Below, piece by piece: positions 54,039 to 63,729 of a stretch of 64,000 nucleotides of DNA. The DNA is taken from contig CAWFQB010000011.1 in the NCBI GenBank assembly GCA_963817895.1, forward strand, positions 128,001 to 192,000, read 5' to 3'. Below the pieces are notes generated by a model. The model searched no databases. It saw nothing but the letters and a program-made list of their open reading frames with translations, and was not told the DNA's origin. Within the stretch, counting starts at the first letter, position 1; the number at the start of each line of letters is the position of its first letter. Source of the stretch: an uncultured Chthonomonadaceae bacterium (GTDB taxonomy: Bacteria > Armatimonadota > Chthonomonadetes > Chthonomonadales > Chthonomonadaceae). The position numbers and the translations under genes were made by a program.

Positions 54039-56588
54039 ATGTCTACGCCGCAGTCGGAGTTTTTTGTGATCGGCATTACCCATGTAGACCTCGCGTGGAA
54101 GCGGGGGCGCGCGGAAATGTCGGAGATGCTGGAACTGGTTGTGATCCGCCTGCTGGATGCGCTTGAACACAACCCTGAATTCAAGTATCTCATCGAACAG
54201 GCGGCGCACTTTCGGGAACTTCAGAAGCGGCGTCCCGATCTGGTGGAACGGCTGCGGCCCTTCCTTGCGTCTGGCCGACTTGAGTTTGTGGGCGGCATGG
54301 CCTCCACGCTGGAGTGTAATCTGCCCGATGGCGAGTGCTTTGTCCGTAATCAACACATGGGCCTCGAATGGGTACGCGAAACATGGGGCGTTGCGGTTGA
54401 GACGGGCTGGCTCGTGGATACGTTCGGCATCCACGCGCAAATGCCGCAGTTGATGCGGGGCTTCGGACTTGCGCAGGCGATGGCAAACCGTTTCGGCGGC
54501 AGCCATACACGCGACCTGTTTCTGGCGCGGGGGCTGGACGGCAGCGAAATCACCGTTGCGGGATGGGGGACGTATGCCGCCTACATTCACCCGGAAAACC
54601 TGAGCTGGCGCTTTTGCAAGAATTGGGATGACATTGAAAGCTGTTTCGATAAAGCCGACTATCTGACCGGCCCCGGCCCGTATATGGTACTGCCCTACAC
54701 GGAAAACGAGATGCCGGTCAGCCTGCGCCCGCAGCAGATTGTGGAGCAACGCCGCCGCGAACGCCCCGAACAAATCTGGCGAACGGCCACGCCACGCGAG
54801 TTTTTTGACGCGCTGACGAAGACCGGGCGAAACCTGCCGGTAGTAGATAGCGACCTGAACCCGGAGTTTACAGGCTGTTTTTCCTTGCGCCATACCCTCC
54901 GCCTGCGCAACCGCCGCGTGGAAACTCGCCTGCTGGAAGCCGAGAAATGGGCCGCGCTTGCCAATTGGAACGGGGGCGCGGAGACTCTGGAAGAAGCGTG
55001 GTGGCAACTGGCGTATGTGCAGTTCCACGATGTGTTCACCGGGTCGCATCCAACTGCTGTTTATGAGGACGCGCTGCGCGTTCTTGATGAAATAGAATCT
55101 GCCGCCAATTCGATTCTCAATGAATCGTTCACCCGGATTGCCCCAGTCCCCTCTGTTTCGGAACCTTCACCTGACGATAATACTGTTTCAGTCCTCGTCT
55201 TCAACGGCCTGCCCTGGGATCGGCAGGACGTTGCCGCCATTCCTCTGCCGCCGGGTTGGATCGGAATTTCCTCCGCAACCGATACCAATGGCACTCCCTG
55301 CGCCTTCGAGGTTCAAGATGGCGTTTGTCGCGCGCTTGTAAACGTACCCGCCACCGCACACAACATGTTACGGTTGGAAGCGGGGGAGTTGTCGGTTCCC
55401 GTTTGTCACGCCGCCGAAACAGGCGCGCTGGAGATACCTCACCCCAACCCCTCTCCTGGCCGCTCCTTCGTCGCTAAGAGAGGGGCTTTTCATGCTCTAA
55501 GCGCAACGGAGTTCATGGAAGTTGTTCTGGAAAACGAGTGGATTCGCGTGGAATTTGATACGGTATGGGGAATAGGAAAACTGGTCTGGAAGCCGACGAA
55601 TATGGTTCTGCTGGAAAACGCCGGTAGCTGGCTGGTGGCGCAGCGCGATGACGGCAACTTTCAGATTGAGAATCCTGCCGGCCCGGAAGTGGCGGCAGCA
55701 AGCGGAACCCTGCGACTGCAAAGCCAGGAATCGTTGATGGGACAAACCGCGCGTTTAAGCGGAGAGTTTCCCCCGCTGGCATGGGCGGGATCGGAAAACG
55801 CCCTGAAATGGGAGGCCGCGTTCTTCCTGCCTGCCCACCGCCCCGAACTGCGCCTTGCCCTGACGCTGGACTGGAAAGGGGAAGCAACCCGCCTGCGCCT
55901 GACGCTCCCGACCTGTCTGGACACCTCCACTGGCATCTATGAAATACCGTTCGGGGTTGCGCGGCGCAAACCGTATTCGCCGCGAACCAACGCCAAAGGG
56001 GAGTGGCCCGCGCGCCGTTTTGTTGCGCTGGAGAGTGACGGACACGGCATCGCTTTGGTAAATACGGGCGTGGGCGGCGTTGAAGTGAGCGGCGGAACGC
56101 TGTACACCACGCTGCTGCGCGCTCCGCGTGGAGAATACTCCGGCATGGTGGCGGACGCGACCTCCTCGCAGCATGGACGGCATCAGTACGAGTTCGCCCT
56201 GCTCCCTTACGCGGGTTCGTGGGCAGACGCAAAGGTAGTTTGTTACCCGCAGGAGTGTAACAACCCGCTGCTGGCGGATGTTCGCGTTGGCCCTGATTTG
56301 CGAACGTCCGCAACCTCCTTTTTGCGGCTGACACCTGACAACGTTGTGCTGGCCGGGATCAAGGCGGCGGATGGCAGGAGTGACCGCATTATCCGCGTAT
56401 ACGAGACGGCAGGCCGGGAAACCGAATGTCAGATGCAGTTCGCCGGGGAATGGCTTGTCCACGTCTGCGACCTGCGCGAAAACACCCATTCGCCAGGAAC
56501 GCCGGCAAACGGCGAGTTGCGCTTCCAACTGCGCCCCTTTGAAATTCAAACCTTTCGCCTATCATCCCCTGAACGCGCAAATGGTTAG
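54039..56588 (+). CDS. Glycoside hydrolase family 38 (alpha-mannosidase-like)
   Basis: THVDLAW, GRLEFVGG, GWLVDTFG (nucleophile Asp), QFHDVFTGS, EIPFG, IIRVYE. Confidence 0.9.
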   Translation: MSTPQSEFFVIGITHVDLAWKRGRAEMSEMLELVVIRLLDALEHNPEFKYLIEQAAHFRELQKRRPDLVERLRPFLASGRLEFVGGMASTLECNLPDGECFVRNQHMGLEWVRETWGVAVETGWLVDTFGIHAQMPQLMRGFGLAQAMANRFGGSHTRDLFLARGLDGSEITVAGWGTYAAYIHPENLSWRFCKNWDDIESCFDKADYLTGPGPYMVLPYTENEMPVSLRPQQIVEQRRRERPEQIWRTATPREFFDALTKTGRNLPVVDSDLNPEFTGCFSLRHTLRLRNRRVETRLLEAEKWAALANWNGGAETLEEAWWQLAYVQFHDVFTGSHPTAVYEDALRVLDEIESAANSILNESFTRIAPVPSVSEPSPDDNTVSVLVFNGLPWDRQDVAAIPLPPGWIGISSATDTNGTPCAFEVQDGVCRALVNVPATAHNMLRLEAGELSVPVCHAAETGALEIPHPNPSPGRSFVAKRGAFHALSATEFMEVVLENEWIRVEFDTVWGIGKLVWKPTNMVLLENAGSWLVAQRDDGNFQIENPAGPEVAAASGTLRLQSQESLMGQTARLSGEFPPLAWAGSENALKWEAAFFLPAHRPELRLALTLDWKGEATRLRLTLPTCLDTSTGIYEIPFGVARRKPYSPRTNAKGEWPARRFVALESDGHGIALVNTGVGGVEVSGGTLYTTLLRAPRGEYSGMVADATSSQHGRHQYEFALLPYAGSWADAKVVCYPQECNNPLLADVRVGPDLRTSATSFLRLTPDNVVLAGIKAADGRSDRIIRVYETAGRETECQMQFAGEWLVHVCDLRENTHSPGTPANGELRFQLRPFEIQTFRLSSPERANG

Positions 56589-56727
56589 AGCCTGTTTCGC
56601 ATGGCCCTCAAACCCTGACTCTCCTCTCCAACTTTCCGAATTGAAGAATTTTTGCCATATGCCTTTCCGGTCTTTTCGCGTATGTGGGAGTAGGGGTTTG
56701 AGAGCAAACAAATCTTGAGGAGAAAAT

Positions 56728-57105
56728 ATGTCCAAAGCAGTCGTGTTTCAGAGCGCGCATCCCATCGGGGATACGGATACTTCCGCGCTTCCCGTAAAAG
56801 ACATTGGCCCCGCTATCGGCTACTACACGCAGGTACTCGGTTTTCAGGTCGTGGAGAAGCAGAGCGAAACAGCCGTTCTTCAGCGCGACGAGGTGAAAAT
56901 CGGACTGGCCCGTAACAACGCCGACCCCGAACAGGCCAGTTGTTATTTTGCCGTGAGCGACGTGGAAGCATTGCGTCAGGAACTGCAAGACAAGGGCATC
57001 GAACCCTCGGAACTGCGCGTGGACGAGCATGGCGGCAAACGCTACCGCATCTTTTTTGCCAAAGAACCCTACGGCGTCTGCTTCTGTTTCGGGCAACCGG
57101 AATAA
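56728..57105 (+). CDS. VOC/glyoxalase family protein
   Basis: LPVKDI..AI.YYT.VLGF, YF.VSDVEAL, EPYG...CF; GAGGAG RBS. Confidence 0.85.
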   Translation: MSKAVVFQSAHPIGDTDTSALPVKDIGPAIGYYTQVLGFQVVEKQSETAVLQRDEVKIGLARNNADPEQASCYFAVSDVEALRQELQDKGIEPSELRVDEHGGKRYRIFFAKEPYGVCFCFGQPE

Positions 57106-57222
57106 CACTGTGGTCAGGCGAACAAAACCGGACAAGTGAACAGGACAATATCCTACGATAGCGTCCTGTTTGGATTGGTTACATGGTTGCCGAAGCAGTA
57201 ACTCCTGCTGTGGTAATGACAA

Positions 57223-57726
57223 TTAACGCAACGAGGAGAGAAAAGATGTGGCTTCTTGCGCTGTCAATGCCTCCGGGTTCAGCGTCTGTAAGCCTTCACC
57301 ATGAGCCGCTCGTATCAAGCGCAGGTCCGCCGTCACCAGAATACGCGAGGGGCTGCCTTCAGGCAAACTCGCCTGAAACTCAAGAAAAGTGGTGAGCAGT
57401 GTCGTATCCACAGAATTCAGGTTGTGCGCTCGGATGTAGGCAAAACTCGCCATCACCAAATCATCGCTGATACTCAACAAATCAAAGTCCTGTGAATGAA
57501 CGATTTCGTTGTACAATGCGGATATGGCCGCTTCGAGATCAACCGCGCTCATCCGGCCTGAGTTGTGCCTGCGAACCAGAATGGCGTAGGTTTCCGTGCA
57601 GCCCCAAAATGTGCCAATCATCGTTGGGCGCGGCGTACAGGAGAAAAGCGCATTTGTCGTTTCTGAGCCGATTTCCGGGACATAGCGCGTCACAAGTCCA
57701 CAAGCGTCCCACAGCAAAATAGGCAT
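57223..57726 (-). CDS. VapC-like PIN domain toxin
   Basis: LLWDACGLV.RY..E.GS, L.SVD...L, LVTADLRL..AA..EG...LNPE. Confidence 0.85.
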   Translation of the reverse strand: MPILLWDACGLVTRYVPEIGSETTNALFSCTPRPTMIGTFWGCTETYAILVRRHNSGRMSAVDLEAAISALYNEIVHSQDFDLLSISDDLVMASFAYIRAHNLNSVDTTLLTTFLEFQASLPEGSPSRILVTADLRLIRAAHGEGLQTLNPEALTAQEATSFLSSLR

Positions 57727-57959
57727 TAGCCTTCTTTTTCAACGGGCATGTGTCGTTCCCGCTCACGAATGATCTCGCAGGAGAGTTCATTGTCTTCCGG
57801 TCGGACGCCGCTTGCCAATTGCTGCTGCTGTGCCTGCAAAGCTGTTGCAGTGGGATCAATGACGATGCCAAGCCGTTGATTGATTCCGTCCAGAAGCGCG
57901 CGGACACGCGTTTTATCCATCACCAGAGAACGCTCTGGTGTTTCAGTTTGAGCGGACAT
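57726..57959 (-). CDS. Probable cognate antitoxin
   Basis: 77-aa gene directly upstream of the PIN toxin with TAATG overlap; tail LS.EIIRERE; AAGGAG RBS. Confidence 0.7.
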   Translation of the reverse strand: MSAQTETPERSLVMDKTRVRALLDGINQRLGIVIDPTATALQAQQQQLASGVRPEDNELSCEIIRERERHMPVEKEG

Positions 57960-58245
57960 ATACTTTCTCCTTATCCTCATAACTTCCACAAGTTTATTAT
58001 AGCATAGCTTCAAAGAAAAGCTCTGATAGGAGGAGGCTGTCCCGGACTGCCGAACAAAAAATTCAGATAACCGGGTAAGATATTGTTGATATTCAGGCGA
58101 CGAGATGTGAACACCCGTTGGAGAACAGCGATGGCGCTTCCGGGTTGCCTTGCATCCGGTGATGCCCGTTTGTAAACGCCCTTGAGTAGGGAAAGCGAAG
58201 AACGATGCGGAAGAAACAGTATTACAGCACACGGAGGAAGACGCC

Positions 58246-58695
58246 GTGAATACGTTCGCCTGGACGGTGCGAGTTCGCGCCGACGCTTCCCGAACCTGCA
58301 CGGTTCATGCCCGCAACCACGCCTTTGCCGTAGGCGACCCGCTGAGTTTTCGCCCCACCGATGCCCTTCCCTCCGCTATCGAACTGATGATGGGCGCATT
58401 TGCCGCCGACCTGACCGCCACCTTCCGCGCCCTTGCCGCCAAACAACGCCTGCCGCTCGACGCCCTTGAATTCTCCGCCACCTGTTCGCTGAACAATCCT
58501 CTTGTTCATGTCGGCGTCATCGGCGAAGCGGGCCATCCCGGTATCGAACGCATTGAGGGGACGCTTTATGTCTCCTCCGATGCCGAAGAGTCCGAACTGG
58601 CCGCGCTCTGGGAAACAACTCTGACCCGATCCCCGCTTTACAATACGCTGTGCCATTCCGTCGAACTCGTTCTGCGTATGCAGCCGACCAATTAA
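58246..58695 (+). CDS. OsmC-like protein without the canonical Cys pair
   Basis: PSAIELMMGAFAADL, GHPGIERI, W..TLTRSPLYNTL; GGAGG RBS. Confidence 0.75.
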   Translation: MNTFAWTVRVRADASRTCTVHARNHAFAVGDPLSFRPTDALPSAIELMMGAFAADLTATFRALAAKQRLPLDALEFSATCSLNNPLVHVGVIGEAGHPGIERIEGTLYVSSDAEESELAALWETTLTRSPLYNTLCHSVELVLRMQPTN

Positions 58696-58756
58696 AACAA
58701 GCGTCAGCGCGAACAATCGTGTTCGCGCTGCCTTTTTGACCCAACAGGAGTAATTT

Positions 58757-59908
58757 TTGTACCGATTAACTGAAGAACAGTACGCCATTGTCGAGAAAGC
58801 GCGGCAAGTTGGCGATGAAGCGATTGCGCCCTATGCCGCTGACGTGGACAGTGAAAGCCGCTTTCCCGCTGAAGCGATGGATGCGCTGGGTAAATCCGGC
58901 CTGCTCGGTCTGACCGTTCCCACAGAGTACGGCGGCATGGGGCAGGGTTTGCGCGTGTCGGCTGCCATTCTGGACCAGATCGCCCAACGCGACGCTTCCG
59001 TGGGCATGATTACCCTGATGCACTTTTGCGGACTTGCCTGCTATGCTTCCGCGCCCCAACTCTCCGCGCAAAACCTGCGCTCTGCCGCACTGGGACAGCA
59101 TCTGTCCACGCTGGCATGGAGTGAAAAGGGTTCGCGCAGCCATTTCTGGGCGCCGGTCAGCCAGGCGGCGCAACAGGATGGACACGTCACGCTTAACGCG
59201 GAAAAGTCCTGGGTCACATCGGCGGGATACGCGGACGGCTATGTGGTTTCCACGCGCTCGCCCCAATCCACCGGCCCGACAGATACGGTTCTGTACCTCG
59301 TTTATAAAGGGGAGGATGGCGTGGCGACGAGCGGCGCGTGGGACTCGCTCGGACTGCGCGGCAACAGCAGCGCGCCGATGAAGTTTCAGGATTACGCGAT
59401 TCCTGCCGACCGGGCGTTTTGCGAACCGGGCAAGGGCTTCGAGGTTATGCTCGGCGTGGTTCTGCCCGTATTTCAGCTTGGAAACGCCGCGATTTCCGTA
59501 GGAATTTGTGAGGCGGCGGTTCAGGCGACCACGCAGCACCTGACGGGCAAGCGTTTTGAACATCTGGACAGCAAACTGGCCGACCTGCCGAACCTCCGCG
59601 CCCGCCTCGCCAAAATGCGGATTGAAACTGACCGCGCCCGCGCCCATCTCGTCAGTGCCCTTGATGCCGTAGAGTCGTCTGCCCCCAACGCCATGCTCAT
59701 GGTGCTGGAATCCAAAGCGGCGGCGGCGGAAAGCGCGATCCTCGTCACCGATCTTGGGATGCAGGCGTGTGGCGGCGCGGCCTTCAGCAAACACCTGAGT
59801 ATGGAGCGCAACTTCCGCGATGCGCGGGCGGCCAGCGTGATGGCCCCCACAACGGACGTGCTGCACGAGTTCATAGGCCGCGCCCTGTGCGGCATGGAAT
59901 TATTCTGA
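58757..59908 (+). CDS. Acyl-CoA dehydrogenase-fold flavoprotein
   Basis: DSESRFP, GL.VP.EYGG.G, LAWSE.GS.S, LNAEKSWVTSAG, W..LGLRGN.S, GGAAF......ER.FRDA. Confidence 0.9.
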   Translation: MYRLTEEQYAIVEKARQVGDEAIAPYAADVDSESRFPAEAMDALGKSGLLGLTVPTEYGGMGQGLRVSAAILDQIAQRDASVGMITLMHFCGLACYASAPQLSAQNLRSAALGQHLSTLAWSEKGSRSHFWAPVSQAAQQDGHVTLNAEKSWVTSAGYADGYVVSTRSPQSTGPTDTVLYLVYKGEDGVATSGAWDSLGLRGNSSAPMKFQDYAIPADRAFCEPGKGFEVMLGVVLPVFQLGNAAISVGICEAAVQATTQHLTGKRFEHLDSKLADLPNLRARLAKMRIETDRARAHLVSALDAVESSAPNAMLMVLESKAAAAESAILVTDLGMQACGGAAFSKHLSMERNFRDARAASVMAPTTDVLHEFIGRALCGMELF

Positions 59909-59920
59909 AGGAGTAAGTAA

Positions 59921-60745
59921 GTGAAAGAACCAATGTTGGTGGGCGCGGTGGTGTATGATCCCAAAGTGGTGGTGATATGGGAAATTATCAAGGATTTCTT
60001 CGAGACCGCTGGCTGCCCGATGGATTATATTTTCTTCAGTAACTACGAATTGCAGGTGAAAGCTTTGCTGGACGGCACAATTCACGTCGCGTGGAATTCG
60101 CCCCTCGCCTGGCTGGACGCGCAGGGGCGTTCGGGGCAAACGTGTCGGGCCATTGCCATGCGCGATACCGACCGCGACCGCGTTTCGCATATCATCACGC
60201 CAACGGACAGCCCGGTTCGCAGTCTGTCCGACCTTGCGGGCAAGACCCTCGCGACCGGAGCGAAAGACTCGCCGCAGGCCACGCTGATTCCGCTCGGACT
60301 GCTACAGCGGCACGGACTGGAACCGGGACGCGACGTGCAGGTGAAACGCTTTGATGTGCTTATCGGCAAGCACGGCGACCATATCGGCGGGGAAAAGGAC
60401 GCGCTTCATGCCATGCAAACCGGGGAGGCCGACGCCTGCGCTATGCTGGATTTGAACTGGCAACTCTGGACAGCCGATGGCACGATTGATTCCACCCGTT
60501 ACCGCGTACTGGCGACAACCGACCATTTCGACCATTGCGTGTTTACGGTTCGGGAGAATCTGCCCGAAACTCTTCTGCAACCCTGGCTGGAAACCCTGTA
60601 TTCCATGAGCTACGACAACCCCGCGCATCGGGAAATGATGGACATGGAGGGCCTTAAAGCCTGGCTGCCCGGACGTGTCAGCGGGTTTACAGCGCTTGCC
60701 GACGCGGTGCAACGGCAGCAGTTCTTTGCGGGAGAAAGCCTGTGA
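59921..60745 (+). CDS. PhnD/phosphonate-binding-fold protein without signal peptide
   Basis: FSNYE.QV.AL..G.I.VAW.SP, SL.DL.GK..A.G..DS; no hydrophobic N-terminus or lipobox. Confidence 0.8.
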   Translation: MKEPMLVGAVVYDPKVVVIWEIIKDFFETAGCPMDYIFFSNYELQVKALLDGTIHVAWNSPLAWLDAQGRSGQTCRAIAMRDTDRDRVSHIITPTDSPVRSLSDLAGKTLATGAKDSPQATLIPLGLLQRHGLEPGRDVQVKRFDVLIGKHGDHIGGEKDALHAMQTGEADACAMLDLNWQLWTADGTIDSTRYRVLATTDHFDHCVFTVRENLPETLLQPWLETLYSMSYDNPAHREMMDMEGLKAWLPGRVSGFTALADAVQRQQFFAGESL

Positions 60746-61893
60746 AAACTCTTCCCCTGTTTCCCGTTACCACTGTGGGCAGCCTGCCCCGTCCGACTGC
60801 CCTGCTGCGCGCGCTCAAAGCCAGGCGGCGCGGCGACCTGTCGGAAGCCGACTTCGACCGGGTTGCGGATGAAGCCGTTTTGGACGCGCTGCGCCTACAG
60901 GAAGCGGCGGGCGTGGACATTGTGACGGATGGCGAACAGCGCCGCGACAACTTCTACTCGTTCGTGTCCGAAAAACTGGACGGCATTCGCCTGATGTCGC
61001 TGGCAGAAATGCTGGATTACGTGGAGGACAAAGCGGGCTTCGAGAAACTGCTGCAAACGCTGGATGTCCCCGCGTATTCTATCAACAACCCGACCTGCGT
61101 GGGCAAATTGGCGCGGCGCAAACCATTAGCGTTGGAAGAACTAACGTTTCTCCAACGCCATACGGAAAAGCCCGTCAAGGTGGCGCTTCCCGGTCCCTAT
61201 CTGCTCACCCGCGCCTTGTGGGTTCCCGAAATCACGGGCAAGGCGTATGCCGATAAGGAGGCGGTGGCCGAGGACGTGGTACACATTCTGCGGGAAGAGG
61301 CGTTCGCGTTGCGGGAAGCGGGCGCGGACTTCATTCAGTTCGATGAGCCGGTGCTGACGGAACTGGTGTTCACGCAGGGGCAAACGCGGACATTCATGTG
61401 CGCCGCGCTTGCCGCCCGCAACGACCCGGCGGAAGAACTGGAATTCGCCATCAGCCTGCTCAACCGCGTGGTGGAGGGGTTGGAAGGAATTCGGATCGGC
61501 CTGCATGTCTGTAGGGGCAACTGGAGCCGCAACGAGGCGACATTGCTGCGGGGAAACTACGCCCCGCTCGCGCCCTGGTTCGCCCGTCTGAATGTGCAGC
61601 AACTGGTGCTGGAATACGCCACGCCCCGTGCGGGAGAGATACTGGCGTTCGGGGATAAAGAGATAGGTCTGGGCGTCGTAAATCCCCGCACGGACGAAAT
61701 TGAAACCGTGGAAGCCATCACCGCCCGCATCCAAAACGCCTTGCCCTTGATCCCCATAGAAAAATTGTTCTTAAACCCGGACTGCGGCTTCGGAACCTTT
61801 TCCGCCCGTCCCATGAACGACAACGCGCATGTGGAAGCGAAATTGAAAGCGCTCTGTAAGGCCGCGCGGAACCTGCGGGAAAGCATTGGATGA
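60742..61893 (+). CDS. Cobalamin-independent methionine synthase II-like (single-barrel MetE) protein
   Basis: TTVGSLPRP, GVDIVTDGEQRR, IQFDEP, Zn ligands LHVCRGN / LVLEY / NPDCGF. Confidence 0.9.
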   Translation: MKTLPLFPVTTVGSLPRPTALLRALKARRRGDLSEADFDRVADEAVLDALRLQEAAGVDIVTDGEQRRDNFYSFVSEKLDGIRLMSLAEMLDYVEDKAGFEKLLQTLDVPAYSINNPTCVGKLARRKPLALEELTFLQRHTEKPVKVALPGPYLLTRALWVPEITGKAYADKEAVAEDVVHILREEAFALREAGADFIQFDEPVLTELVFTQGQTRTFMCAALAARNDPAEELEFAISLLNRVVEGLEGIRIGLHVCRGNWSRNEATLLRGNYAPLAPWFARLNVQQLVLEYATPRAGEILAFGDKEIGLGVVNPRTDEIETVEAITARIQNALPLIPIEKLFLNPDCGFGTFSARPMNDNAHVEAKLKALCKAARNLRESIG

Positions 61894-62003
61894 AATAGAT
61901 GTCAGCATCTTTACGTTCTTCCACTACTAGAGATTAAGCAAGCGGACAGGTAACGCTTGTTTTCTATCTTATTATTTGAAAAGCGCAAAGATGCTCTAGA
62001 TGT

Positions 62004-62702
62004 CTATTTTGATCTGGTTTTCCCTGTATGTTGCTTACGCCTATCCTGAGACTGTTTTTGGCGACGCAGAAGCAAATTGGCTGCGAAGCAGGCTGCGCCT
62101 GTCAACAGGGCAAGCGCGCCGGGTTCGGGAACGGCAGCCCTCGCGCCGAAGGAGAAGCGGTCAATTTGCGTAATGATGACATGTTCGCTTACAGTAACGG
62201 ATAGTGACGAGATAGGCGCAACCGAAGTGAACCCCGCGAACGTTGGGCTACTGGTGGGCGTTACGCAGCCGGTCAATGTAAACGTTTCGCCTGTGGAAAG
62301 GGCAAAGTCGAACGGCGCGGCTCCATCGGCTCCGAAATCCATACCGACCGCAGTGGTGTTTGCAGGCAGATTAATCGTCAGAATACGCGGCCATGTTCCC
62401 TCCCAATGCAGCACGGGACCGTCACCGAGATTATAGTGACGGTCGAAAGCGGGAGCAACGGTGAACAACCTCTGGTTGTTGGAAGTGAAAGTGACGCCGG
62501 CCAGAGTGACGGTTCCGTTGGCATAGCCGCGCGAGGTACTTCCCGCTGGAATCTGGTCATTGAAGTCAATGATTTTCAGCCCCGAAGTGGCGGCCTGAAA
62601 AGAGCCGGGGTTGGTGAACAAAACTACCTGAGCGCGGGAAGTTGCGCCCGAAGAAAGCAGGGCAAGAACAGCGCAAACAGTGTGTAGAGAAAGGCGTACC
62701 AT
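62004..62702 (-). CDS. PEP-CTERM exosortase-target surface protein
   Basis: Signal peptide; AVPEPGALALL + TM + RRQK. Confidence 0.88.
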   Translation of the reverse strand: MVRLSLHTVCAVLALLSSGATSRAQVVLFTNPGSFQAATSGLKIIDFNDQIPAGSTSRGYANGTVTLAGVTFTSNNQRLFTVAPAFDRHYNLGDGPVLHWEGTWPRILTINLPANTTAVGMDFGADGAAPFDFALSTGETFTLTGCVTPTSSPTFAGFTSVAPISSLSVTVSEHVIITQIDRFSFGARAAVPEPGALALLTGAACFAANLLLRRQKQSQDRRKQHTGKTRSK

Positions 62703-62717
62703 TGTTGTCTCCTTACG

Positions 62718-62762
62718 CGCGAGTTCCGGCCTGCGGCAGTTTCGCATCTGCCGGAACTCGCG
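62718..62762. terminator. Intergenic hairpin between PEP-CTERM genes
   Basis: CGCGAGTTCCGGC...GCCGGAACTCGCG. Confidence 0.55.
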
Positions 62763-62787
62763 CGAGTTAAACCATTGTACCGGGCAA

Positions 62788-63729
62788 CTACTTCCGCCGT
62801 CGCAACAGCAGGACGCCGAAGACGCCTGCGCCAATGACGAATGTGATTGCGCCGGGTTCGGGAACAGCCGATCCTAATCCTGAAGCGGGCGCAAGGTCGT
62901 CTAAACCGGCGATAGTACCTATGACAGTAGCGGTATTGGCCGCAATGTTGTATTGCAGGACATGGCTATTTCCCCGGCTGGCGATGTAGATATGACCTTG
63001 GCCGTCCGAGGTGATGCCATCAGGGTTCGACAGGATTGCTCCTGTTGGGGAAAGAAAGGTGAAGGCCAGAGTATCGGGATTGAGTTCGAGGATACGGCCA
63101 TTGTTGTAGTCGGCGGCGAATAGCATTCCCGTTACGCTGTCGAACGTCAAGCCATCGAGGAAAACGCCCGTGTTGGCAGACTGCGCGATTATTTTACCGG
63201 TCGTTGGGTCAATACGCTCGACTTTTGAGTTGTTGCTCTGGAAACCGCTGCTCACATTGACAAACAGACGGCTGGCGGTGTCATAAATAATGCCGTCCGG
63301 CCTGCCGCCCAATGACAGCGAACTGCCCTGTGTGCCGCCCGATAGCCGGACGCGCGTAAGGGAATTTGAGGTTGAGTCGCTGACTAGAAAACTCGTCTGG
63401 TTCGGTTCCAGTGCCAGATCAATCGGTGCGCTGAGTCCCGTCGCCAGTACGATATTCGAGTTGTTGCGCGGGTCATACGCCAGCACCCTGCCGTTGTCGA
63501 GTTGCGAGTAGATGATGCGCCCGCTGGAATCAAAGAACAGACTGTCAAGCGGGGCGCCGGTGTTGAAGACGGGGGTAACGACATGCGTGGCGACATTCAC
63601 CGTGTAGATTTGATTTGTGGTGATGGACGTGGCATAGACCGTCTGTGCCCCTGCTGACCGGCAAATTGCCAGCATCGCCAGTAATAAGCCGTAGAAACGC
63701 AACGTCGTTGCGCTCAAAGATCGTTTCAT
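62788..63729 (-). CDS. PEP-CTERM protein with SMP-30/NHL-like beta-propeller
   Basis: Signal peptide; repeats PDGI..D, LDGL.FD; AVPEPGAITF + TM + RRRK. Confidence 0.9.
   Translation of the reverse strand: MKRSLSATTLRFYGLLLAMLAICRSAGAQTVYATSITTNQIYTVNVATHVVTPVFNTGAPLDSLFFDSSGRIIYSQLDNGRVLAYDPRNNSNIVLATGLSAPIDLALEPNQTSFLVSDSTSNSLTRVRLSGGTQGSSLSLGGRPDGIIYDTASRLFVNVSSGFQSNNSKVERIDPTTGKIIAQSANTGVFLDGLTFDSVTGMLFAADYNNGRILELNPDTLAFTFLSPTGAILSNPDGITSDGQGHIYIASRGNSHVLQYNIAANTATVIGTIAGLDDLAPASGLGSAVPEPGAITFVIGAGVFGVLLLRRRK

Noticed and set aside
58126..58180. Possible riboswitch (fluoride- or SAM-like) upstream of the OsmC/ACAD/MetE operon
   Set aside because: Only partial resemblance (GCGATGG...TGATGCC); P1 and conserved cores do not fit. 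An Infernal/Rfam scan would settle it.
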